NCBI GenBank assembly: GCA_964016885.1
Contig: OZ024765.1
Span: forward strand, 3,720,001-3,784,000
Source of the DNA: Eledone cirrhosa
Lineage: Eukaryota
Length of the DNA: 64,000 nt
Reading direction: 5' to 3'
The notes below the pieces were generated by a model. It made no database searches, was not told where the DNA came from, and saw nothing but the letters and a program-made list of their open reading frames with translations. Positions within the stretch are counted from its first letter, which is position 1. Every line of letters starts with the position of its first letter. The translations under genes were made by a program, and so were the position numbers. Shown piece by piece: positions 37,118-48,390 of this stretch.

Positions 37118-38748
37118 AAATATAGAGTAATGTAAATGGTAAAGGGTTAAGGTCTTCAGCAAATAAGGAACTAAAACCAATTGAAATTGTCTTCCAAAGG
37201 TTAAAGCTCTTATTGTTGACAGAGGGTAGCAGAGCATAAATATTGAAAATAAAGAGGACCAAGGTTTTTAAATTGAATACATTTTTAATATCCCAAAATG
37301 GATCTAATTTAAAAACTTTGGTTCTCTTCGTATATAAAATTACTTTTGAAATGGATGGTTTTATTTTATAGAATCAGAGCCATTACTCTATATATATACT
37401 ATTGTATTTTCACAGTAAAGGCTTTACCTCACATAACATTTACATTACTCTATATATGCTATTGTATTTTCACAGTAAAGGCTTTACCTCACATAACATT
37501 TACATTACTCTATATATGCTATTGTATTTTCACAGTAAAGGCTTTACCTCACATAGTAAATATAGAGTAATGTAAATGCTATTATATTTTCAAGATAAAT
37601 GTTTTACCTCATGTAATTATCTCACACAATATCCAATTCATAAGATCTTGATATTATATATTTTGAGAACAATACCATAACATCAGTATGAGTGACCGGT
37701 TACAGCCAGTTTGAACAGAAAGAGGTGAGAGAATTCTGGCCAGTTTCAACCAGTTTGAATAGAAAGAGGTGAGAGAATTCTGGCCAGATAACTGTTCAGA
37801 AAATATAATACAACAAATGTTATAGTTGTAGGTTTTTAATTTTAAATTTATTAGATATTTATAAAAATGGTGCTTTTATTTACATAGAACTGTGAATGTT
37901 TTGTTCAAAATTTTAGTGATAAGATTTTTACAAGATCTTCAAAATATTTTAGTGAAAGGGTCTGTTAACCCTTTAGCATTTACATTATTCTATATTCACT
38001 ATTACAGATACAGCCAGTTTGAACAGAAAGAGTTGGGAGAATTCTGGTTGGATATGGCCAGTTTGAACAGGAAGAGGTGAGAGAATTCTGACCAGATACA
38101 GCCAGTTTGAACAGAAAGAGATGAGAGAATTCTGACCAGATACAGCCAGTTTGAACAGGAAGAGATGAGAGAATTCTGACCAGATACAGCCAGTTTGAAC
38201 AGGAAGAGATGAGAGAATTCTGGCCAGATACAGCCAGTTTGAACAGGAAGAGGTGAGACGATTCTGACCAGATACAGCCAGTTTGAACAGGAAGAGATGA
38301 GAGAATTCTGACCAGATACAGCCAGTTTGAACAGGAAGAGATGAGAGAATTCTGACCAGATACAGCCAGTTTGAACAGGAAGAGGTGAGAGAATTCTGGC
38401 CAGATACAGAAAGGTGAGAGAGTTCTGACCGGATATGGTCATTTTGAACAGAAAGAGATTCTGGCCGATTATGCCATTTTGAACAGAAAGAGGTGAGAGA
38501 ATTCTGGCCAGTTACAGCTGGTTTGGACAGAAGGAGGTGAGAGAATTCTTGCCAGTTACAGCTGGTTTGGACAGAAGGAGGTGAGAGAATTCTTGCCAGT
38601 TACAGCTGGTTTGGACAGAAGGAGGTGAGAGAATTCTGGGCAGATATGGCTTGTTTGATGAGAAAGAGGTGAAAGAATTCTGCTAGTTACGACTGGTTTG
38701 AACAGAAAGAAGTGAGAGAATTCTGGCCAGATACAGCTGGTTTAAATG
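37118..38748. mobile_element. Rearranged piggyBac-like MITE pieces with 60-bp (x3) and 44-bp (~16 copies) tandem expansions
   Basis: TIR motifs ttaaccctttagcatt (37964) and taaagggttaa (37140). The internal sequence is the reverse complement of the MITEs at 46264 and 46745. Confidence 0.7.
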
Positions 38749-39188
38749 AGAGTATATTTGTAGATATTATGAAGGTTGTTTTTGAAAAAAAAACTTTAAT
38801 CATCAATAAGAGTTGATAGGACTTTCTTCACTCAGTATTTGGGGATTACAACACAAGAACTGGGAAAGACATATTTCTTCTTCTTCGCCCATTTATTCCT
38901 GGGAAAGTTGTGGTGGGCAGAGTCCTCAAACACACATTCCAATGAGACCTATCACAAGTAACTGGATTTGTGGATTACAATACAAGTACTCAGAGAATCA
39001 TTCCCAAAATATTTCACGTTTATATATATATATATATATATATTGTAAAATTGTATTCATTGAGTAATCAATGAACTATATTAATCTTTGGTTATATGTA
39101 TGTAAAAGGTAAACAGAAATAACAACACAATCGGTACAGTATATGGAAGGGATATATTAGGTTAACGCTTGATATAGCAGGAAGAGGG

Positions 39189-39224
39189 TCTTAACGTTTC
39201 GGACGCTAGTCCTTCATCAGAAGA
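39189..39224 (-). ncRNA. Minimal type I hammerhead ribozyme, sense to the upstream ZNF gene
   Basis: Minus strand tctt-CTGATGA-a-ggac(tagc)gtcc-GAAACGTT-aaga. Confidence 0.75.
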
Positions 39225-39519
39225 AAGAATAAGGAATAAGATAGATTGAAGGGACTGGTGGGTTGGAATTGGAAAAAATGTCTTCAGATAAAAATAACAG
39301 GTCCATTCGTGTTGACAGCATACATACACACATATATATATATGTCTGTGTGTATATGCATGTATATATGTGTGTGTCCCACATATTTCACTATGATAAA
39401 TACTCTCCAATGTGTACATGTTGGTTAACAATATATATGTAGAGAGAAAGAGAGAATATTCTTAGATTTAAGAGAGAGAGAGAGACAATATATTCAGATT
39501 TACAAGAGAGAGAGACTTT

Positions 39520-41112
39520 TCAAGGTTCACATTTAATAATGACCTTATCTGCTGTGTGCGTTTGTTGATGTCGTTTTAAGTCAGTGTTAGTTATAAAAGA
39601 TTTCTCACATATTCCACAATGGTGTGGTCTCTCTCCCGTATGGATTCGTTTGTGTTTAGTTAAGTTGCTGTTAGTGACAAACGATTTCCCACAAATATCA
39701 CAATCAAATGGTTTCTCTCCGGTGTGGCTCCGTATATGCTCAACCAGATTCGAATTTTGGGTGAAAGATTTCCCACAAAATTCACAGTGAATCAGGTTCT
39801 CGCCTGTATGTGCTTTTTTGTGTTTCAGGAAATATCCATTTGACGCAAACGAGTCCCCACATATTTCACAATAGTAAGGTTTCTCTCCGGTATGTATCCT
39901 CATGTGAGTTGTCAGGTCACAGTTTAAGACGAAAGATTTCTCACATATTTCGCACTGGTAAGGTTTATCTCCAGTGTGTCTCCGAATATGAACAACGAGG
40001 TTAGAATTATTGTTAAACGATTTACCACATATTTCACACTCGTGCAATTTTTCTGTATTGTGTGTGGTTTTATGGCTTGTTAAACTGCTATTAGAAACAA
40101 AAGACTTTCCACAAACTTCACAATAGAACGGCATGATACCAGCATGTCTCCTTAAGTGTATAGTCAAAGCACTGTTATTTATAAAAGAATTACCACAGAT
40201 ATCACAACTATACGGTCTTTCTCCGGTGTGACTGCGTATATGTTTAACGAGAGTCGACTTTTGACTAAAACATTTCTCACATATTTGACAAGAATAAGGT
40301 TTTTCCCCGGTATGTGTCCTTTTGTGGATAATAAGATGGGCCTTCCCAATAAACGATTTTCCACATTCGTCGCAAGGAAGTAATTTATCTCCAGTGTGAA
40401 TTCTCCTGTGTGTTGATAAGCTACTGTTGGTAACAAAAGACTTACCACATATTTCACAAAAATACGGTTTGTCACCAGTGTGTGTTCGTTTGTGGTTTGT
40501 TAATATACCATTGGAGACGAAAGACTTACCACAGATATCACAATTGAACGGCTTTTCTCCAGTGTGACTACGTATGTGTTCAACGAGATTCGAATTCTGA
40601 GTAAAAGATTTGCCACATGTTTCACAGGGAAAAGGTTTTTCCCCTGTATGGGTTTTCTTATGACTTGTTAAATAATAAATATCCGAGAACGATTTTCCAC
40701 ATATTTCACAATGACACATTTTCTCTCCAGTGTGAATTCTCCTATGTCTGGTTAGATTATGGTTATAAGCAAAAGATTTTCCACATATTTCACACCAATG
40801 GGCTTTTTCCCCGGTATGTGTCCTTTCGTGTGCAGCTAATCTACACTTGTGGATAAAAGATTTGCTACATATTTCACAGGTGAAAAGTTTCTCACTCTTG
40901 TGTGTTTCTTTGTGTGTGATGACTTCATCTTCTGAAGAGAAAGTTTTCTTACAAATCTCACAACAATATTCAGGAATATTTCCGTGTAACGATGTTTGTT
41001 CAGTAAACGTTTCATTAGATAAAGGTTTCTCATCACTGTATGTCTGTGTAACAGTATTTATATTGTTAAGCACAGTTGTGTTAGAAATGTCCAACTGTTT
41101 AACATCCTCCAT
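39520..41112 (-). CDS. C2H2 zinc-finger protein, subfamily B (530 aa, 17 fingers)
   Basis: Intact ORF with tandem fingers and MEDVKQL N-terminus. Confidence 0.95.
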   Translation of the reverse strand: MEDVKQLDISNTTVLNNINTVTQTYSDEKPLSNETFTEQTSLHGNIPEYCCEICKKTFSSEDEVITHKETHKSEKLFTCEICSKSFIHKCRLAAHERTHTGEKAHWCEICGKSFAYNHNLTRHRRIHTGEKMCHCEICGKSFSDIYYLTSHKKTHTGEKPFPCETCGKSFTQNSNLVEHIRSHTGEKPFNCDICGKSFVSNGILTNHKRTHTGDKPYFCEICGKSFVTNSSLSTHRRIHTGDKLLPCDECGKSFIGKAHLIIHKRTHTGEKPYSCQICEKCFSQKSTLVKHIRSHTGERPYSCDICGNSFINNSALTIHLRRHAGIMPFYCEVCGKSFVSNSSLTSHKTTHNTEKLHECEICGKSFNNNSNLVVHIRRHTGDKPYQCEICEKSFVLNCDLTTHMRIHTGEKPYYCEICGDSFASNGYFLKHKKAHTGENLIHCEFCGKSFTQNSNLVEHIRSHTGEKPFDCDICGKSFVTNSNLTKHKRIHTGERPHHCGICEKSFITNTDLKRHQQTHTADKVIIKCEP

Positions 41113-41129
41113 AGTAATTTCCGAGAATT

Positions 41130-41382
41130 ATCTGTAATTATAATATATTATAGTTCAGTTTCTTGTCTTAAATATCCTGGGACTCTGTTTACACGATATA
41201 ATTAGATTATCTGTAATTATAATATATTATAGTTTAGTTTCTTGTGTAGATATCTTGGGACTCTGTTTACACGATATAATTAGATTAGATGTAATTACAA
41301 TATATTATAGTTCAGTTTCCTGTCTTAGATAGTCTGGGACTCTGTTTACATCATATGATTAGATTAGATGTAATTATAAAAA
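41130..41382 (-). repeat. 79-bp tandem repeat at the putative splice acceptor of subfamily B genes (also 50295-50430, 52640-52855, 57958-58160, 62882-63003)
   Basis: Period 79 from starts at 52641, 52720 and 52799. The last unit ends aattacag|ataattctcggaaattactATG. Confidence 0.85.
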
Positions 41383-42018
41383 TACTAATTAAATATACAA
41401 GGTGCGTGATTCTGTGAGAATTTTTCCGTGTTTAAACTAGACCGGTGTTACAAGATAAAAGTCCCTGATATAATTTAATACCTTCACAAAGTATAACTTC
41501 CTGCTTCAAGAAAATCGATTTCTGCTTAAGATATATGCTTAATCAAACAAATGACTACGACATATCGAACCCAGTGATTAAAAGTCACAACCAATTAATC
41601 AATAACCAGTTGATTGATTTAATGAATTAATTAAGGTAGCTTATAAAACACGATAGTTATTTTTTCGATCGTGAATTCAAGCGGCCGAAATGGGGTTCCT
41701 CTGAAGGGTCTTTGGAGTAACGTTACCCGATAGAGTGTGTAGCTTAGAGATGAGAGAGTTACTCCAGGTAGAGCCGCTACTTCTCTGAATTAAGAGATCA
41801 CAGCGGAAACTGTTGAAGCCCAGCATATATATATATATCAAGTAAGTATGTTTTGAAACAGTGAGCAGGTTTGAAATTAGAAAATATATAGCTTTCACCG
41901 TATTTTTGACTAAAGGAATTTTAGCCTGATAATGGGGTTTAGAACCCTCAGATAAATGGAAAAAGATGAGTATTGACGTATATATATTAGTTATGTAATA
42001 AACAACATAAGATAATTA

Positions 42019-42078
42019 TTTCATTTACCAGTGGTTTCTTGAAAGCAACCAAAATTGCTTTCATTCATCAGAATGAAA
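42019..42078 (-). ncRNA. Type I hammerhead ribozyme within an inverted Penelope-type pLTR pair (arms 41985-42070 and 42109-42194)
   Basis: tttcatt-CTGATGA-a-tgaaagcaa(ttttgg)ttgctttca-a-GAAAcc(act)gGTA-aatgaaa; 7-bp stem I and 9-bp stem II. Confidence 0.75.
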
Positions 42079-42412
42079 AAATCCTGGTGTCTTTATTGAC
42101 AGCGGATTTGATGAATGAAAGTAATTTTGGTTGCTTTCAAGAAACCACTGGTAAATGAAATAATTATCTTATGTTGTTTATTACATAACTAATAAGCTCT
42201 GTAACCTACATAGACTACTTTTTTCCTGGACCTTTCCGACGGAATCACTTCATTCATCCACATATATATATAAATTCAGCGAGTAGAAAAAGCATATATA
42301 TATAACTTTGTATTACCCTCAATAAAGTATTATCTCCACTATCCAGGAAGCTCCAACCGTTAAGGTTGTCTTTTTTCCGGGTATGTCAATATTTATTTAT
42401 AAAACAAATCTG

Positions 42413-42478
42413 TATTTTATCTGATGAAAGCGCACCATAATTTGCCTTGGTTGCCCTTGAAATATATATAATAAAATA
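42413..42478 (+). ncRNA. Type I hammerhead ribozyme
   Basis: tattttat-CTGATGA-aagcgcacca..tggttgccctt-GAAAtatatATA-ataaaata; 8-bp stem I. Homolog at 51589-51653 (-). Confidence 0.7.
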
Positions 42479-43189
42479 AATATGGTTTTATAAATATAGT
42501 TTCCATTTATTAATATATTGTATATTTACTCCGCTAACTTGTTGAGTGCTTTATATCAGTTATAAAAATGTTTAAGCTTGTTGAATCCCAACAAATTAAA
42601 TATAACCTCTGCATATATTTAGTTATGAAAGCAGATGTTGTCTGTCTTCAGTCGTCAGAATGAATAAAAAATATGGTGTTTATATATATATATATATATA
42701 TAAACTTTTCTGTGATATATATATATATACACATATGTGTTAGAACAATGAAAACAAGTCAGGCGTAGGTAGAGAGTTTGTTCATTATATATATATATAT
42801 GTATTATAATAATTGTTTCTACTTTTGGCACAAGGCCAGCAATTACCCAGTGCATTACTGGTACTTTATTTTATCGACCCCGTAATGGACACTAGACAAT
42901 GATGATGATGATATATAAAACATTTCATGACAATGGTGCACACTTAAATAACACATATACATATATATAAACAAGATGTGTAAGTAAACAGGTTAAAATT
43001 AACTTTATTTATTCATATTCAGTTATATATATTTCAGTGATAACCCTTATGTAAGATATGACCTCATCAGGCAGCTGGAATTTGAACAGGAAAAAACAGA
43101 AAAACGATGGACATGTCGGTAATTAATCAACACACAGTCAAATTAACATTATATATATATCATACGGTATATATATATATTATACCTCT

Positions 43190-43870
43190 TATCCAAAAAT
43201 ACACCCCATCCCACTACCCCCACCCTTTCTCTGTGAAGTTATGTTGGTGCCACAACATCCAGTCCTAAATAAATGAAGTCGTGTAGGTGTCACAACAAAA
43301 ACACACAGTCCACGCTGTAAAGTGGCCGTGTAGGTAACACGGTAAAAACCTCCCAGTCCACACTGTAAACATGGTTGGTGTTAGGAAGGGCATCCAGCCG
43401 TAGAAAACCCGCCAGACAGTCCTATACAAGCAAGACAACCAATCTTAGACAATTCCCATCTAAACCCATGCTAGCGTGGAAGATAGACGTTAAACGATGA
43501 TGATATTATAGGGTATATATATGGGGCAAGTAAGTTTGTTTTGAAACAGCAAGTAACATTTGAAATAAAGATAGCTTTCCCTGTATTTTCTGACTACAAA
43601 TACAGTGAAAGCTTCTATTTCTATTTCATATATATATATATATATATATCATCACAGTTTTACGTCCGTTCTTCCACACTAGCATGGGTTAGACGGATTG
43701 TGGGCAGTGTCCGGTCGGCTGACCTTGTCTTGCTCATACGGGAAGTGATTCTGGCCTGATTTCTACAGCTGGATGGCCTTCCTAACACCAACCTCATTTA
43801 CAGTGAGCGCTGGGGTGCTTTTTTTCCGTGGCGCCTACGCGTCCATTTTAGTGTGGGCTGGGTGCTTTTT
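43190..43870. mobile_element. Tail-to-tail pair of SINE 3' segments (43190-43505 +, 43650-43870 -)
   Basis: aggaagggcatccagccgtagaaa and its reverse complement; (GAT)n tail. Confidence 0.7.
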
Positions 43871-44052
43871 TCCGACCACTTTGCTGGGTGTGTGTGTGTG
43901 TGTGTGGGGGGGGGGTCTACACACACACACACACACATATATATATGTATGTAGATATTAAAATAACAGATTAAAGCTTAAGCAAACAATAGCTGGTTTA
44001 TTTATCCTTATCAAGCCCTCTTTGGAATTTTAGTCTTCACATTTATTATTAC

Positions 44053-44087
<35 letters not shown>

Positions 44088-44109
44088 CGAGAGAGAGAGA
44101 GAGCGAGAG

Positions 44110-44146
<37 letters not shown>

Positions 44147-44150
<4 letters not shown>

Positions 44151-44538
44151 CACATAGCTTAGTGGTTAGAGCATTGGGCTTGCAATCAAAAGGTTGTGAA
44201 TTCAATTCTCAGACCGGGTGATGTGTTGTTTCCTTGAGCAAAACACTTTATTTCACATTGCTCCAGTTTACTCAGCTGTAGAAATGAGATGATAGGGACT
44301 GGGGTCCCTATCATTCCACTGCAAAGTGGTCGTGGAGGTGCCACGGCAAAAAAGCACCCAGCACTCACTGTAAAGTGGACGTGTAGGTGCCACGGCAAAA
44401 AAGCACCCAGCACTCACTGTAAATGAGGTTGGTGTTAGGAAGGGCATCCAGCTGTAGAAATCAAGCCAGAATCAGTTCCCGTCCCACCCTTGCAAGCAGG
44501 GAAAAGTGGACGTAAAATGATGATGAGGATGATGATGA
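44147..44538 (+). mobile_element. SINE family 2, full length
   Basis: Matches 1390-1726, with one extra 48-bp internal unit. Confidence 0.85.
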
Positions 44539-44869
44539 TATATATATATATATACACAAAAATTATGCATAGAAACTAATCGAGGAGGAGAGATGAGAGA
44601 TTAGTTAGGAGAATTATATGCCAGTAGTGAAGGGGACAGTGTGCTCAATGTGTATTAGATACAAGGCAAGTGAACAATGTGAGTAAGCCAGAGAAATAAT
44701 GTGAAACAAAAAATTGTATAAGCAGAGCCTTAAAACAGAAATTAAATGTTAGAGAAAATAATAGCAGATTCTTGAACAAATCATAATATAAAGGGAGGAG
44801 TGCTGGACTGTGCCCTGAATATATATTTTTTATCCTGGTAGTAAAATAAGTTGGATTATTTTGAATAAA

Positions 44870-45022
44870 TATTGTTTCTACTTTTAGCACAAGGCCAGGA
44901 ATTACCCAGTACATTACTGGTACTTTATTTTATCGACCCTGTAAGGATGAAAGGCAAAGTTAACTTCCATGGGATTTCAACTCAGACCGTAAAGGGACGT
45001 AACTATGCTGGAAAGCATGGCG
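44870..45022 (-). mobile_element. SINE family 1, truncated
   Basis: Reverse complement of 45260-45410. Confidence 0.8.
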
Positions 45023-45224
45023 GAATGAATATTATGTATTTTATATACTAAATTTTGTAACTATTGATTAAACATAAATATTCTTATATATAATGATTGC
45101 TTATTTTAAGATTTACTTCTTTTAAAATTTTCAAATGTCAATACTTCCAGTTATGATATAATGGACGCTATATCACATCGCTTATTTAAGCGTTCATATA
45201 TTTGCATCATTATATAAGGTTTAT

Positions 45225-45409
45225 GGGCGGTGAATTGGCAGTATCGGTAGCGGGTTGGACGCCATGCTTTCTAGCATAGTTACCTCACTTTACAGTCTGA
45301 GTTCAAATCCCGCCGAGGTTAACTTTGCCTTTCATCCTTACGGGGTCGATAAAATAAAGTACCAGTAATGTACTGGGTAATTGCTGGCCTTGTGCCTAAA
45401 GTAGAAACA
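45225..45409 (+). mobile_element. SINE family 1, full length with 16-bp TSD
   Basis: A and B boxes present; attatataaggtttat on both sides (45209-45224, 45410-45425). Confidence 0.9.
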
Positions 45410-46104
45410 ATTATATAAGGTTTATATTTCTGTCGCTAATTTTCTCGTTTTTCGTTTTCATAACATTTCGCCGTAATGCAGTTTATATATAATATCATCT
45501 TTTTTTTATGTATCATGGATTACTTTACAGATTACAGAAGACAGTGTAACACAGTCTCTCTTCAATTTCTGTGTATATTGTCAATTACGATTTTATTTGA
45601 CATATCATATCAACATGCATATATATCTGCATATATCAATATGCACACTACACATGCTAGCAGAAAACCACCTGGAGTATGGTTTTTCTGCTAGTTAGTC
45701 TAATGACTTACAATTGTTTCGGAAACCATATCAGTATTCTGCACATACAGATGATAATTTCAATTATAAAATCAATAATAGTAAGTGATATTAAACAGAA
45801 AAGTTTTATATGGTCTTCTCATCGGAGCCGAAAAGAAAAAATAAACATAAAAATTCAAAAATAAAGTGACACCAACATGACCACTTTATAGTGTGGACTG
45901 GGTGCTTTTTGCTGTGTCATCGACATGACCACTTTACAGTGTGGACTAGGCACTTTTCTGAGCAAAAAATATTTTAGAAATACAAATTTTTAAAAATAAT
46001 TTCAGGTTCAAGATTTTACACAAAATTCATTGTTCCTCTCAAACTGTGTATTCATTTGTCAAGTTTTTATCTCACAAATAAGGATCTCCCAAATGAGAGC
46101 ACTC

Positions 46105-46965
46105 ATTTATATAAGATTTCTCAAGGTACACAGTTTAAAGTCTTCCCTCCAATGCGTATATATTGGTAGACAATATATTTAGATTTACAGAAAGATTTCT
46201 CAAGGTTCCCAGTTTAAAGTCTTCCCTCCAATGTGTACATCTTGGTAGACAATATATTTAGATTTAACCCTTTAGCATTTAAACTTGCCGTATCTGGGCA
46301 GAATTCTCTCACCTCTTTCTCTTCAAAGCGACCATAACTGGCCGCTCGTACTTATGTTAAGGTATTGTTCTCAAAATAAATGACACCAAAATCTCATAGA
46401 TTTGATATGCAAAATAATTATGTGAGATAAAGTCTATACCACAAAAATACAATAGTATATATAAAGGGTTAAATAAGAAAGATTTCTTAAGGTTCACAGT
46501 TTAAAGTCTTCTCTCCAGTGTGTACATGTTGGTAGACAAGATATTTAGATTTACACAAGAAAGATTTCTCAAGGTTCACAGTTTAAAGTTTTCCCTCCAA
46601 TGTGTACATGTTGGTAGACAAGATATTTAGATTTACACAAGAAAGATTTCTCAAGGTTCAGTTTAAAGTCTTCCCTCCAGTGTGTACATGTTGGTAGACA
46701 AGATATTTAGATTTACACAAGAAAGATTTCTCAAGGTTCACAGTTTAACCCTTTAGTGTTCAAACCGGCCAGAATTCTCTACCTATTTCTGTTGAAACTG
46801 GCTGTAACTGGTCGCTCAAACTGATGTTAAGGTATTGTTCTCAAAATAAATTCTTTCAAAATCTCATAGATTCGATATTATGTGAGGTAAAGCCTTTACC
46901 ATGAAAATATAATAGTATATATAAAATAATGTGAATGCTAAAGGGTTAGTCTTCCCTCCAATGTT
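46105..46965 (-). repeat. ~82-bp degenerate zinc-finger repeat, interrupted by two MITEs
   Basis: Reverse complement of the 54405-54910 repeat. Confidence 0.8.
46264..46472 (+). mobile_element. piggyBac-like MITE (TTAA-CCCTTTA..TAAAGGG-TTAA); second copy 46745-46948
   Basis: Short TIRs with TTAA flanks; the two copies are colinear. Confidence 0.75.
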
Positions 46966-47243
46966 TAATCGTTTGTGATTTTTTAACACACTACTAGTGA
47001 TGAAAGATTTCCCACATATTTTACAATGTTAGGGACTCTCCAGCGTTACCATGTTTGTGAATTAAAAGTTGATTGCTGTAAGTGAAAGATTACATACCTC
47101 ACAGTGAAATGGTTTCTCTCCAATGTGAATACTTTCTCGAATAACAAGATGAGCAATCTTACTGAAAGATTTTCCCTATATTACTCAATGCTAGGGTCTT
47201 GTCCTGTGTGTTCATTTGTTTTGTCAAATAATATTTTATGATA

Positions 47244-47789
47244 TACAAAAGGGGGATTCAAAAAGTTTGTGGAAAAAGTACATAGCTAAAAATCATATGC
47301 AGGGATTTTGATCTCAATGCACCTGTACGGTCTCGTACTAATGTGTCATAACATGTTCTAACATGAACCCTTAAATACATGTTGCAACGTGGCACCGCCA
47401 GTCAGAAGTCAGCACTCACTCGAATAACATGGTCTCCATCAAAACATTAAATGCATGGTGAAGCTAGGGTGGTAGAGCAACCAAATCATTGACGCTCTGG
47501 AGCAGGTTTATGGGGACAGTGCCCCAAAGAAATCAATAACCTACAAATGGATAAGTCGTTTTAGATGTGGAAGAGATGAGGTTGAAGATGATCCCCAGTT
47601 GAAGATGTAAAAATACTGCTTTGACATGGTTTAAATCACATGGCCATCAGTTTTACACAGATGATCTTAAACTCTGGTATCAAGAAGTATATTGACCTAG
47701 ATGGAGCATATGTTGTAAAATAAACATCACAACTTAAACCGTTTTTTCCAACTCTCCTTTTTCCATGAAATTTTTGAAGCCCCCTCGTA
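47244..47789 (+). mobile_element. Internally deleted mariner transposon
   Basis: TIRs ..gggggattcaaaaagtttgtggaaaaag / ctttttccatgaaatttttgaagccccctcgta. HTH remnant IIDALEQVYGDSAPKKSITYKWISRFRCGRDEVEDDP and C-terminus LDGAYVVK-stop. Confidence 0.85.
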
Positions 47790-47954
47790 CAATATTCCAT
47801 ATATTTGTCAGTGAAATGATTTCTCTCTAGTCTGTACACTTTAGTGAATTATTAAGTTACTCCTCAGCTTAAAACATTGTTCACATGGTTCACATTTACA
47901 GTTCTTTTGTGGTAAACAACATGTTTTTTTCAGAGAAAGATTTCAGTTTCAATG

Positions 47955-48290
47955 GGAGTGTGTGTCTTAGTGGTGTAATTCCTGGACCGGGTTGTGTGCT
48001 ATGTTCTTGAGCAAAACACTTCATTTCATTTTGTGCCAGTGGTAAAGGAATCATAATGTCGTCGGTTTGAATCCTGGACCAGTTTGCAAGTTGTGTTATT
48101 GAGCAAAACACTTCATTTCATGTCGCTCCAGTATACTCAGCTGAAAATAAGTACCAGCAATAGCTGGGGGGTTAACCCTGTGATGGACTGGCGTCCTGTC
48201 CAGTGGTGAGCCTTGTCTCTCAGTCACTTCATGACTTGGTAACTGAGATAATCACTGGCCTGGGGAGTCTCCTGGCTTGGAACAGTTATT
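47955..48290 (+). mobile_element. Degenerate SINE with duplicated head
   Basis: Two copies of ttgagcaaaacacttcatttca; body contains aaccctgtgatggactggcgtcctgtccag. Confidence 0.6.
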
Positions 48291-48390
48291 TTTAGACAGT
48301 TTCATAGTCTTGTCTCCAGAGTGTATGTGTTTGTGTTGAATTAAATAACTGTTTGTGGAAAAAGATTTGCCACGTATTTCAGAGCTTTTC

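Noticed and set aside
39584-41137. Short antisense and alternative-frame ORFs overlapping ZNF genes (all loci)
   Set aside because: Expected by-products of periodic finger codons.
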